DNA of 64,000 nucleotides from a virus (Duplodnaviria > Caudoviricetes): positions 19,876-83,875 of the IMG/VR virus record IMGVR_UViG_3300030433_001358. The stretch is one strand, 5' to 3'. The translations under genes and the position numbers were made by a program. Positions 46,916-55,711 of the stretch are shown here, piece after piece. Below the pieces are notes generated by a model that saw nothing but the letters and a program-made list of their open reading frames with translations, was not told where the DNA came from and ran no database searches. Within the stretch, counting starts at the first letter, position 1. The number at the start of each line of letters is the position of its first letter.

Positions 46916-47062
46916 AGAAACCAGAATGCCACTTGACAATCCCTTTCTGGCTTGCTACAGTGCAGCATATTGAACGATAAGGGCATACCCCTATGCTCCC
47001 TATTACTTTAACACTGGCGCTTCATATACGACGCTACAGAGCGTTATAAAAGGAGAGACAAA

Positions 47063-47337
47063 ATGAAAGTAGTAATTTACAAAGCACCACACGGTCGTCA
47101 AGAAGTTGTTGATATTACTAACGTCAACAAAGAAGATGAAAAGTTCTTTAACACCAACAACATCGTTATTAGTATGGAAGAAGTTATGCAGATACGGGGT
47201 ATGAAAACAAAGATGGAGACCCTGAAGAATTTATTGAGATTGCGCAGGGGCGTAACTGTGAGGATGTTCTAAATTCTCTTCGCATTTCTTGTGAAGAATT
47301 CTTGAGTAGTGTTGACAAAAGAAGTTATGGTTGGTAA
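47063..47337 (+). pseudogene. Early gene with apparent -1 frameshift near 47180
   Basis: Frame-2 ORF degenerates after 'ISMEE' while the -1 frame reads YADTGYENKDGDPEEFIEIAQGRNCEDVLNSLRISCEEF. Confidence 0.5.
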
Positions 47338-47369
47338 GGTATTACAAAATCTAATTCAGGAGAGATATT

Positions 47370-47594
47370 GTGAACAATAAAGAATTTTTCCAAGCAGACT
47401 TGACAGACGAGCAGTTTGAAGCGAACAGGGAGTTTGCAGAATCGTTGTACGTACTTGGAATTGAAAAGCCTCGTTATTCGGCAGGCATTTGTGGGAGTAC
47501 AACAGCCGGTTATGGTCAGCTTGACAAATATGGTTATTTTGAGTATCCTCTGATTGTTGATCAAGACACATACGAAATAATTTTGGAGAAATAA
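47370..47594 (+). CDS. Early hypothetical protein
   Basis: 'YSAGICGSTTAGYGQLDKYGYFEYPL'. Confidence 0.7.
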   Translation: MNNKEFFQADLTDEQFEANREFAESLYVLGIEKPRYSAGICGSTTAGYGQLDKYGYFEYPLIVDQDTYEIILEK

Positions 47595-47837
47595 AATGCA
47601 AACAGAATCATTTTATAGCTGGACAAAGCTAAAGAAACAGATTACATTAGAGAAACCAAAACAATTTGCTGTAATCTTTGATGAAGGGATGTGGAAATAT
47701 AGTCGTCCTTTTGAATATGTTAAATACTTTGAAAAGAAGGAGAAATAATCCTTGACACCCCACAGGCGCTTAAGCTACTATAGAAAATATAGAGGCTGAG
47801 CGCCTTTTCTTTTGTCTATAATTTAGTGAGGTGGTTT

Positions 47838-48488
47838 ATGTGGAATGGCAAAGGTCGATCAGGTATTGGTGATACAAACATTCAAGGGACGTGGGAAGAC
47901 TGGGGCGGGCTTAGTCCTAACGGAAGGGAATACAAAAATGCTTTGACACAAGAAGCCCGTAATTTGTCAGGGGCTGATTATTGGCATGTGCGCAAAGCAG
48001 ATACACCAGATCAAGAGCCTGATGTTTGGAAGAATGGGAAAGCTAATATCAAAGCCTTCGCAGACGCCCCTAAAAAGCCCGCTAAGAAGCGTTCGGCTTT
48101 TGAGCGTATCTGTACAATGGAAACAGCTTATGAACGCCTGCAAGAGCAGCTAGAGGAGCTAGACGAGGAATATTATGACCATCAACTAGAGCTAGAAGAT
48201 TGGTTATATGCTCGCAAGATCATCACAGAGAAACTAGACAAGCAATGGAAGAAGATTTGCAAGGCTAGAGGATGGGACGCAGACGAAGAAGATAGCAACA
48301 TAGCTGCTGGCATTCGTGAAAGTGCAATGTCTCAATTGGCACAAGACATGCAGCAAAAGAAACATTCACATTGGACAGAACAACCTGTTGCAGAAGGGAA
48401 TAGCTTCTGGCATGATGTGTTTTATGGATTGGATGAAAGCAACGCTTACAGAAAACTGTATTTCTTTGTCAAACGTCTTTTCAAATAG
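47838..48488 (+). CDS. Early hypothetical protein with coiled coil
   Basis: Start refined after GAGGTGG; follows promoter 47752. Confidence 0.7.
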   Translation: MWNGKGRSGIGDTNIQGTWEDWGGLSPNGREYKNALTQEARNLSGADYWHVRKADTPDQEPDVWKNGKANIKAFADAPKKPAKKRSAFERICTMETAYERLQEQLEELDEEYYDHQLELEDWLYARKIITEKLDKQWKKICKARGWDADEEDSNIAAGIRESAMSQLAQDMQQKKHSHWTEQPVAEGNSFWHDVFYGLDESNAYRKLYFFVKRLFK

Positions 48489-48499
48489 AGAATGACATC

Positions 48500-49051
48500 A
48501 TGTTTAAAATTGTTTGTTGTGTTGTTGTAGCTGGGTCATTAGCTTATAGTCATTGGCTTGCTGATTACAGAGCAGAGCATTATAACGTACAGGCTGAAGA
48601 TGTTCCTCTTATGCCGTACATTCCAGAAGATGCAGTATTGATTAGGCGAACAAACGAAGAGAAAGAGCAATTGTGCAAGCAAAGTGCGGAGTGCTCAAAG
48701 CTGGCACAGGCTGTTGTCTGGGAGAGCAGAGGAGAGAGCAGACAAGGTCAAAGGGCTGTTGCTTCTGTCATCCTCAATCGTGTTGATAGCAGTCGATTTC
48801 CTGATACTATCACGGAGGTGGTGAATCAATATAAGCAATTTTCCTTCATGGAAGATATGCACGTCCAGAAACAACCTAGCAAAAAAGACTGGACAACTGG
48901 ATATATTGTGGCCTATAATCTGTTGCATGGCGTGATAGACAGGGTAACACAAGCCGATCACTACCACGCAAAAAGTGTCTTGCCTTTCTGGGCAAAGCAT
49001 TTTAGAATGACAGAACAGATTGGTAATCATGTATTTTATGCAAGTAATTAA
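48500..49051 (+). CDS. SleB-like cell wall hydrolase (Hydrolase_2)
   Basis: 'LAQAVVWESRGE...AVASVILNRV...FPDTI..VV.Q..QFS...HYHA...W...IGNHVFY'; N-terminal TM. Confidence 0.9.
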   Translation: MFKIVCCVVVAGSLAYSHWLADYRAEHYNVQAEDVPLMPYIPEDAVLIRRTNEEKEQLCKQSAECSKLAQAVVWESRGESRQGQRAVASVILNRVDSSRFPDTITEVVNQYKQFSFMEDMHVQKQPSKKDWTTGYIVAYNLLHGVIDRVTQADHYHAKSVLPFWAKHFRMTEQIGNHVFYASN

Positions 49052-49312
49052 GAGGAATAAACAAATGAAACAATATAACGATTTTGAATATGAAGCCTTT
49101 AAACGTCAATCGCGCAAGCAGCATAAACAATTCCGCGATGTTCGGAAGAGTAAGAAAATGTTGTGGAATGGGAAGGAAGACAGTTAATTAGAAAATTAGT
49201 TCTAATAGAAACATTGAATAAAGAATCTTGTTGACTAAGCGAAACGGCTAGACTATGCTTTACACAAGCCTAGAGAAAAGGCTAACAAAGCGAATTATTG
49301 AGGAATGTAGAG

Positions 49313-49537
49313 ATGAAAATTAAACTTTGTGGAACTGGAACTCTTTCCAAAGAAGTGACCCAATACTTTACCGTGGGGCGCTCTTATGAGGTTACTTCTG
49401 CATCTATTTCGGATACAGTTTTCGATGTCCTCGGAGATGACGGGTTGACTCATTCCCCTGCGATTTTTAAAGATGGTACTCCTTGTGCTTATCTTGAAGA
49501 TTGTATTGGAAATCTTTACTGGGAGATTGAAGAATGA
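49313..49537 (+). CDS. Early hypothetical protein
   Basis: Start refined; follows promoter 49231. Confidence 0.65.
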   Translation: MKIKLCGTGTLSKEVTQYFTVGRSYEVTSASISDTVFDVLGDDGLTHSPAIFKDGTPCAYLEDCIGNLYWEIEE

Positions 49538-49893
49538 ACATTGAACAGCTTGCAAACGACTTCGCAAAGCAATCCAAAATTAGCAAAGCAAAGACTATGG
49601 CTTTCGCTCAGGCTATTCTTGAGCAAGCTAAACAAGAAATGCCTAAAGCCGGACGTAAAACCAGTGAAGAAAGCATCCGTATTCGTAATGCAATTAAAGA
49701 TAGTATTGATTCTTTGCGTGGTGTAGTGTTTACGTCTAAAGACTTGGCAGAGAAGTTTAACGCCGATCAAGCATACATTGTGAACAATCTTAAATACCTT
49801 GCAGAGCATGATGGGATTGTCAAGGCTGTAGGGAAGAAAGAGAAAGAGCCGGGACAGGCAGGACGAAAGGAAATTCTGTGGAGTGTTGCATAA
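49534..49893 (+). CDS. Winged-helix DNA-binding protein
   Basis: 'FTSKDLAEKFNAD...NNLKYL..DGIVK...GQAGRKEILWS' HTH plus wing. Confidence 0.7.
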   Translation: MNIEQLANDFAKQSKISKAKTMAFAQAILEQAKQEMPKAGRKTSEESIRIRNAIKDSIDSLRGVVFTSKDLAEKFNADQAYIVNNLKYLAEHDGIVKAVGKKEKEPGQAGRKEILWSVA

Positions 49894-49948
49894 AATAAAT
49901 CAGCCCTGACGCTTGACAGCCTTGGGGCTTTATGCTTTAATAAACATT

Positions 49949-50158
49949 ATGAACAAACCAGACATTACATACAGATACATCACCGCCAAGACAGCCCTAT
50001 TCACTGCGCATACAGAGAAAGGCGAGAAAGGTTTGGGGTCAATAACTAATGTTCCAAGTTATAAAGCCTCTGATTTAGCCTTGCAATTGAGGATTAAAGG
50101 CTATATTGTGTGCTTTATCGCAGATAAAGCTAATAACGAAGAGGAAACAGAAGAATGA
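49949..50158 (+). CDS. Early hypothetical protein
   Basis: Start refined; follows promoter 49913. Confidence 0.55.
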   Translation: MNKPDITYRYITAKTALFTAHTEKGEKGLGSITNVPSYKASDLALQLRIKGYIVCFIADKANNEEETEE

Positions 50159-50403
50159 AGCGTGAACGTTTTTTAATCACCAGCACAAAAGGCCACAATG
50201 TAATTAAATACTCATGGAATGCAGCACGAAAGGAAGTGCAGCGCCTCATGCAGGAGTATGCAAATGAAAATGGCGGGCAATGGATGCTAACAAGTAAAGC
50301 AGAGAAACAAGGCTTTTATTTTGTATCTGGTGTTATGATTTATACAGATACACAAGCCGGTAAAGAAGTGACATTCAGTATTAAGAAGCAGGAGGATATC
50401 TAA
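50155..50403 (+). CDS. Early hypothetical protein
   Basis: 82 aa; coupled. Confidence 0.65.
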   Translation: MKRERFLITSTKGHNVIKYSWNAARKEVQRLMQEYANENGGQWMLTSKAEKQGFYFVSGVMIYTDTQAGKEVTFSIKKQEDI

Positions 50404-50609
50404 TGATTATTGTAAATATCCATAATTATAAAGGTGGCGGCATGATAAAAACAATTGAAAGATACACCACACCAGAAAAATATCTAGTTGCATTAGAGAC
50501 TACAGGTTTTGATGGCTGTTTGTCCAATATGTTAGAAATTTTATACAGTGGTCGGACAGTCAAGCTAGAAGACTTCTCGATTAGTTTTTCATATCGCCCT
50601 GATAAGTGA
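50403..50609 (+). CDS. Early hypothetical protein
   Basis: 68 aa; coupled. Confidence 0.6.
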   Translation: MIIVNIHNYKGGGMIKTIERYTTPEKYLVALETTGFDGCLSNMLEILYSGRTVKLEDFSISFSYRPDK

Positions 50610-50853
50610 GATAGAAAATTTCAATTAGACACCAACGCAAGGTGCAGCTAATATTATCCCATCGAAAGCAAAAACATAGGAAAGCATAAAATGTACACCT
50701 TAATGACTCAAGAGCACAGCACCAGCAAGCCAGAGTATCGGGAAATCGAATCTGTCGCATTTGCTCATAAGATGGGTGAGAATGGCGGCTTTTATAAGGT
50801 ACAGTTGATTGATGAGAATGGTATTATCATCGCTGAATGGAAGGCATAAAACT

Positions 50854-51150
50854 ATGAATAATAAAACTTGGGATCAAGAAGTAAAAGAAATTAACGCACA
50901 GTTCAGGTATGAGCGTTTGATGGTCATTGGTAGAGATTTATATAAGCTGTTGTTTGATTATCAGAATCCGGGTTATAAATGGACTTCAAACGAATATAAT
51001 TTAATGTTCGTGCAACTAAACAAACTTTGCAAAGAGTACGACGGCAAAGATTGGCGAGACAGTGACCTTTTAACAACTGACCATAAAATTAAACCTGTTA
51101 TTGAAAAAGCCAATGCTGAATGGCTGACTGTGCAAGGTTTTAACAAATAG
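50854..51150 (+). CDS. Early hypothetical protein
   Basis: Start refined. Confidence 0.6.
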   Translation: MNNKTWDQEVKEINAQFRYERLMVIGRDLYKLLFDYQNPGYKWTSNEYNLMFVQLNKLCKEYDGKDWRDSDLLTTDHKIKPVIEKANAEWLTVQGFNK

Positions 51151-51280
51151 TCATCCTCTATCAGCAACAGAAGAACGATAGAAATAAACATTGAAATAAA
51201 TGCTTGACCAGATCGAAACCTAGTGCAATAATTGGCACAACACAACAGGAAAGCGCATAAGGCGCTAAGGATGAAATGAA

Positions 51281-51589
51281 ATGACTACCAACCTTGCTGA
51301 CTTTGGCAACCGTGAATTGGAAATGGTTCGTGACCTGCTGACTGCCATGATTGAACAAGGATTACCAGATGACTTCTGTAATGATGAAGTCGTGCCGATG
51401 TTCAACCAATCAAGCGGCTATGTTTTCCTGACAAACTCTGAACATCAAGTGGCAATGATCAATGGTGACAAATTGGAATCTTTCTATAGCAGTCCCTATG
51501 AAGGCTTGGAGGGCTTTTATGACGACCTGAAAGAACAATACGAGGATATGCACGAAGATGACAAAGAGTGGTTTGATAGCCTGAAATAA
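51281..51589 (+). CDS. Highly acidic early protein
   Basis: About 24 D/E versus 6 K/R in 102 aa; own promoter at 51204. Confidence 0.75.
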   Translation: MTTNLADFGNRELEMVRDLLTAMIEQGLPDDFCNDEVVPMFNQSSGYVFLTNSEHQVAMINGDKLESFYSSPYEGLEGFYDDLKEQYEDMHEDDKEWFDSLK

Positions 51590-51671
51590 GATTTTTAACA
51601 GAGGCGCTTGACAGAATCAGGCGCTTCGATTAAACTTCTTATCAGTGAACAACGAAACAGGGAATAAGAAC

Positions 51672-51902
51672 ATGACTCATGCAATCAAATTGACAGAATC
51701 AACAGACGCAAAGAATGCCCGTCTGAATCAAGAATGGCGCACAATCCGCCGTGAGTGTGTGATTCTGGAACGTATGGACAAAGAAACAGAAAAAGGATTT
51801 GTTTCTAAATTCTTTGTTGAGCATGATGGCGGTGAGTGGTACTGTTCTATGCTGAATGGGCAAGTGTCACGACTTAAAAGATTGTGGGACATTGAAAAAT
51901 AA
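51672..51902 (+). CDS. Early hypothetical protein
   Basis: Start refined; own promoter at 51608. Confidence 0.65.
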   Translation: MTHAIKLTESTDAKNARLNQEWRTIRRECVILERMDKETEKGFVSKFFVEHDGGEWYCSMLNGQVSRLKRLWDIEK

Positions 51903-51967
51903 TTCTTGACAGGGCAGCAATGCTGCCCTATTATTCTAGGTACAGCAAACAAACAAGGCGTAAAAAG

Positions 51968-52267
51968 ATGAATAAAGCCCTAGAGAATAACCTATCTGTT
52001 GAGGAGTTTTTCCACTATATAGAGCTGCCTGAAAACCTGTCTGCAAAACTTGATGAATTGTTAGATAATTTGCAGGAACAACAAAAAGAAATTAAATATC
52101 TTGAAAAGCAGTGCGAGTTGCTATCAGAGCAAACTGGCTTTGCTGTTGACCTACTGGAATCAATTGATCATTTGGTTGACAGCTTACCAAGCAAGAAAAC
52201 CGGCGTGATACCGGAGTTTCAAAAAGCCTATGCAATCGTTTGTGAAAATTCGTATTTTGAGCGATGA
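51968..52267 (+). CDS. Early coiled-coil protein
   Basis: Start refined; own promoter at 51906. Confidence 0.65.
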   Translation: MNKALENNLSVEEFFHYIELPENLSAKLDELLDNLQEQQKEIKYLEKQCELLSEQTGFAVDLLESIDHLVDSLPSKKTGVIPEFQKAYAIVCENSYFER

Positions 52268-52458
52268 GGTATTGATTATGGCTGATTTTATGGTCGAGAA
52301 TGTTTTACAGGCTGCTCTCTGGTCTATTCTCAAACAGATAGCAGCGAATAGAAAGATCAAAAATAAATCAAAAAGATGTTGACAGCACAGTTCAAGCTGT
52401 TAGAATGACCACAAGAAAGGCGAACAGGTCGCCTTTCAAACAAAAAGGAAATAAAGCA

Positions 52459-52734
52459 ATGAACATCAAAAACGTTAAGACATTCCGTGGCTTCAATGTT
52501 GTTAATGGTCAAGTAGACATCAGCAACAGCGAATATATGGAATTTCTGAATGATGTGTACGAACCTGTAAACATCTGTGGCATGGAATACGATGCTGGCA
52601 ATGCACTTGAAGCAATTGATCCTGTGGCATTCCGTTGTGGTCTGAGCGATTACGAATCAGAGATTCAATCAGAATTAGAAGACGCTATCGAAAGTGAAGA
52701 CGATAGTGAAATCGAATGGTTGGATGAGGAATAA
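52459..52734 (+). CDS. Highly acidic early protein ('DPVAFRCG' family)
   Basis: About 24 D/E versus 4 K/R in 91 aa; own promoter at 52379. Confidence 0.75.
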   Translation: MNIKNVKTFRGFNVVNGQVDISNSEYMEFLNDVYEPVNICGMEYDAGNALEAIDPVAFRCGLSDYESEIQSELEDAIESEDDSEIEWLDEE

Positions 52735-52846
52735 TCCATAGAGAAAATATATCGAAGCCCTCTAGTTGATAGAAACAAACAATTGGAGGGTTTTAGTATG
52801 TTGTCTTATAGTGTTTATAACAAACAAAGATCAGGAGTGCAGAAAG

Positions 52847-53059
52847 ATGACTATTCAACAGCGATTCGAGATTGGTACTAAGTACAAAACAGGTGGCAAA
52901 CATCCTAAAACTTGCGTAGTGGTTGATGTGCTTCGCACGTATAACAGTAAAGGCGATCTGGTAAAATTGCGCTATGTTTCAGAGCATGAATTTTTAGGTC
53001 AGACAGTGACAGACTACGATGTCCCTGATGCTGCTGTTGCAAAGGGTAAAATTGATTAA
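52847..53059 (+). CDS. Early hypothetical protein
   Basis: 'RFEIGTKYKT.GKHPK.C.VVD...TYNSKG.LV..RYV..HEFLGQ'. Confidence 0.7.
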   Translation: MTIQQRFEIGTKYKTGGKHPKTCVVVDVLRTYNSKGDLVKLRYVSEHEFLGQTVTDYDVPDAAVAKGKID

Positions 53060-53131
53060 AATAAATTGTTGACACGCAATCCGTGAACGTGTTTTAATGC
53101 TTGCAAGCTAAACAAGTGAAGGTGTAGAGAA

Positions 53132-53440
53132 ATGAAACCAACAACAGAACAAGGTAAAAAAGTTTTTCATGTTTACTATGATGGTGAAGATTTTGTATAT
53201 CGTGAAACAGATGCACACGGCGTCTATGATGTTCTAGTGGATTTTGCTGTTATGGATAATGCTTCAAATGGTTTTATTTGGACAATGTACCATAAGACAC
53301 TTAGTCAACGCAAATTTAGATCGCTGTCAATGACTGGTCGCAGTGTTTATGTGTTTTTGGATGCTGTGAAAGAGAAGCTGCGAGAAGGTGAGATTGTCTA
53401 CTGTCAAACCCCGGACGTTATGGTTAAATTTTATTCTTAA
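53132..53440 (+). CDS. Early hypothetical protein
   Basis: Own promoter at 53069. Confidence 0.65.
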   Translation: MKPTTEQGKKVFHVYYDGEDFVYRETDAHGVYDVLVDFAVMDNASNGFIWTMYHKTLSQRKFRSLSMTGRSVYVFLDAVKEKLREGEIVYCQTPDVMVKFYS

Positions 53441-53509
53441 AAGCATTTGACTACTGATCAGCACCATGCTTTAATGTTTACAAGCTGAATAAACAAAGGA
53501 AACACTAAC

Positions 53510-53851
53510 ATGACTACTATCCTACAAGCTGTAAAAGAAATCGTTAAAATTGCTGATATGATAGAACTTAAGCATATGGGATACGCTCAAAACAGCCTGT
53601 TTGACATTTATATGGCCGAATACGGCAACTATAACGGATTCACACAAAAGGCTGTTACAGAGTATTGCAAAGGATTGCCGAACATTGCAGACTATCCTTA
53701 CATGAATTATGACATTCTGTCAGCCTTTGAAGGGTACGGAATCCAGCGCAAAACAGAAAAGGCAAAAGAGAATCTGGTCGATGCATATTGGTGCAATGTT
53801 GGTTATGTAGTATTCAAGGCGCTAGAAAAAGAAAAGAAAAAGGAGGCTTGA
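53510..53851 (+). CDS. Early hypothetical protein
   Basis: 'EYCKGLP...NYDIL...YW' motif; own promoter at 53447. Confidence 0.7.
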   Translation: MTTILQAVKEIVKIADMIELKHMGYAQNSLFDIYMAEYGNYNGFTQKAVTEYCKGLPNIADYPYMNYDILSAFEGYGIQRKTEKAKENLVDAYWCNVGYVVFKALEKEKKKEA

Positions 53852-53910
53852 CAGCCTCTATTGCATAGCATAGAATGGCACCAACACCAACAGAAAAGAG
53901 GTTATGAGTT

Positions 53911-54141
53911 ATGGCACTGTCAGATTGGCAATTCTGCTCACCTGCTGCACTGATTACACCAATTAAAAACGGCGATTCATGGTCTGTTCTGGTTGATGGG
54001 AAAATAGCTTGTTCTATGTCATCTGGAGGTGCTCATCGGTTCCGTTTGCGTAGTGAGGCAGAACATTTCGGAAATTGTTTAAAACGTGGGTATGTAGTAG
54101 GCACCTATCTGTCTATAGAATTAGAAAATTACATTCAATAG
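53911..54141 (+). CDS. Early hypothetical protein
   Basis: RBS GAGG; promoter at 53848. Confidence 0.6.
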   Translation: MALSDWQFCSPAALITPIKNGDSWSVLVDGKIACSMSSGGAHRFRLRSEAEHFGNCLKRGYVVGTYLSIELENYIQ

Positions 54142-54661
54142 GCAAAGGTATTCAGAAATAAAAGAGGATTAATTTAAAATAATCGCTTGACAGCGTGGGG
54201 CGAAAGCCCCACAATGTGCGAATCAACAGCGAAAACCAAAAGGCGATCAGACAAAGATTATATATTCAGCGCCTCAAAAGAGGCGCTATTCTGCTCTGTT
54301 GATGATGTTGTCTCTAGTGCTTTGCTGGTTTGCAATAATGATCCGACAGAGGCTATCCGATGGCTTGAACAATATGACAGCATGGATACAGCAGACCCTT
54401 TTAATCAAGCCGTTTATGCTCGATTGGAGCAGATGAAAATAAATCAAAAATAATCCATCAAACGGCTTGACGTGCTGTTCTGAGCTTGTATACTGACCCC
54501 ATCAGACAACGAAACGGAGTAGCACAACATGAAAAGCACCATCGACAAAATGAACCAATCAGCCATGAATAAAGCAGTAGCACAGGGTCTCCCCTTCACT
54601 ACACTGCCGGTCTTTGAATACAAGTTTTTAACAGCCCCCATCACACACAACCATTAACCCA

Positions 54662-54682
54662 TAAGGGGCTTCGGCCCCTCTT
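54662..54682 (+). terminator. UUCG hairpin between early cassettes
   Basis: aggggc TTCG gcccct followed by ctt. Confidence 0.55.
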
Positions 54683-54772
54683 GTGAAAATCTATTGACAC
54701 ACACCAATAACCATATATACTGACCACACAGCAGCAGAAAAGCTGCGCAACAGAAACCACGGAGACGCTAAA

Positions 54773-55015
54773 ATGACTACTACCACCAAAGGCTACAACG
54801 GATACAAAAATTACAATCAGTGGAATTGCGCGCTCTGGATCAATAATGATCAAGGCTTGTATGTGACAGCAACACACTACGCAAACCAATACAAGAACAA
54901 GAAACAAGCGGCAAGCGCCATGCTTGAAGAATTAAAGGAATACGGCAGCACTTGCACACCTGATGGTGTTAAATGGTCTAAGGTAGGTATCATGGCCGCG
55001 ATGCAAGAAATGTAA
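54773..55015 (+). CDS. Early protein of 'YNG..NY..WN..LWI.ND.GLY...TPDG' family
   Basis: Motif widespread in phage early regions; promoter at 54694. Confidence 0.75.
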   Translation: MTTTTKGYNGYKNYNQWNCALWINNDQGLYVTATHYANQYKNKKQAASAMLEELKEYGSTCTPDGVKWSKVGIMAAMQEM

Positions 55016-55098
55016 AAACATCCTCATATAGCCTTGCATGAATCACTTTGCAGGGCTATAGTTCTCCCTAATTAAACACGACATAGGAATACAAAAGC

Positions 55099-55353
55099 AT
55101 GAATACAACAGCCATCATCCATACACTGCCTGAAGCCATTTATCAGACATTCATCGCAAGCCTGATGATTGCAGTTATCACTAGCATTGCCGCTTTCTTT
55201 GCATACTGCTCTGTCACTACTCCTGTACTCTGGTTTGCTGCTGTGACTGGCTTTGTTTCAGCTGGGCTGATGCTCCTCTGTGGTGCTATCGGTGAACAGG
55301 CTTGGAGCAACATTAAAGACGAATATGAGGATAATTTTTACAGGTACGCTTGA
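55099..55353 (+). CDS. Early two-TM membrane protein
   Basis: Two hydrophobic helices; promoter at 55034. Confidence 0.7.
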   Translation: MNTTAIIHTLPEAIYQTFIASLMIAVITSIAAFFAYCSVTTPVLWFAAVTGFVSAGLMLLCGAIGEQAWSNIKDEYEDNFYRYA

Positions 55354-55432
55354 CGGATGCGGATAGCCTATCTATAGTTCGCCTACGGTCTAGGGAAATT
55401 CATCCCTACCGCAGCAGCCTAGGAGGCTTACC

Positions 55433-55666
55433 ATGACTCACACACCCGTCACCTTTGAAGTCAAAGGCTACAACAGCAAAGGCGTATGCGTTGATTCTCG
55501 CACCTATCACACTCCAAAGCTGAATGCGCTTGGAGGTCATTGGATGGTCTGTCAACGGATGGCATCAACACTGCTCAAAAATCGCAAGGTCAAGGTTGTA
55601 CGCTACTACATGGACGGCATCGAATACGTCTATGATGCTGATCAATACGAATTCATCAAAGCGTAA
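55433..55666 (+). CDS. Early hypothetical protein (last of block)
   Basis: RBS AGGAGG; promoter at 55350. Confidence 0.7.
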   Translation: MTHTPVTFEVKGYNSKGVCVDSRTYHTPKLNALGGHWMVCQRMASTLLKNRKVKVVRYYMDGIEYVYDADQYEFIKA

Positions 55667-55686
55667 TCCATACCCTAGTACACAAC

Positions 55687-55711
55687 AGCCCGCTCAATGC
55701 GGGCTTTTCTT
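55687..55711 (+). terminator. Intrinsic terminator ending the early block
   Basis: agcccgc tcaat gcgggct tttctt. Confidence 0.8.

Larger units (their letters stand above)
46933..55378 (+). promoter_or_regulatory. Array of about 16 sigma70-type early promoters
   Basis: TTGACN/TTGCAT -35 boxes at 46933, 47312, 47752, 49231, 49913, 51204, 51608, 51906, 52379, 53069, 53447, 53848, 54187, 54467, 54694, 55034, 55350, each 16-18 nt from a -10-like hexamer. Confidence 0.8.

Noticed and set aside
45545-55666. Naming specific anti-CRISPR or anti-CBASS genes
   Set aside because: No sequence was recognisably homologous to a characterised inhibitor; only charge-based candidates are reported.
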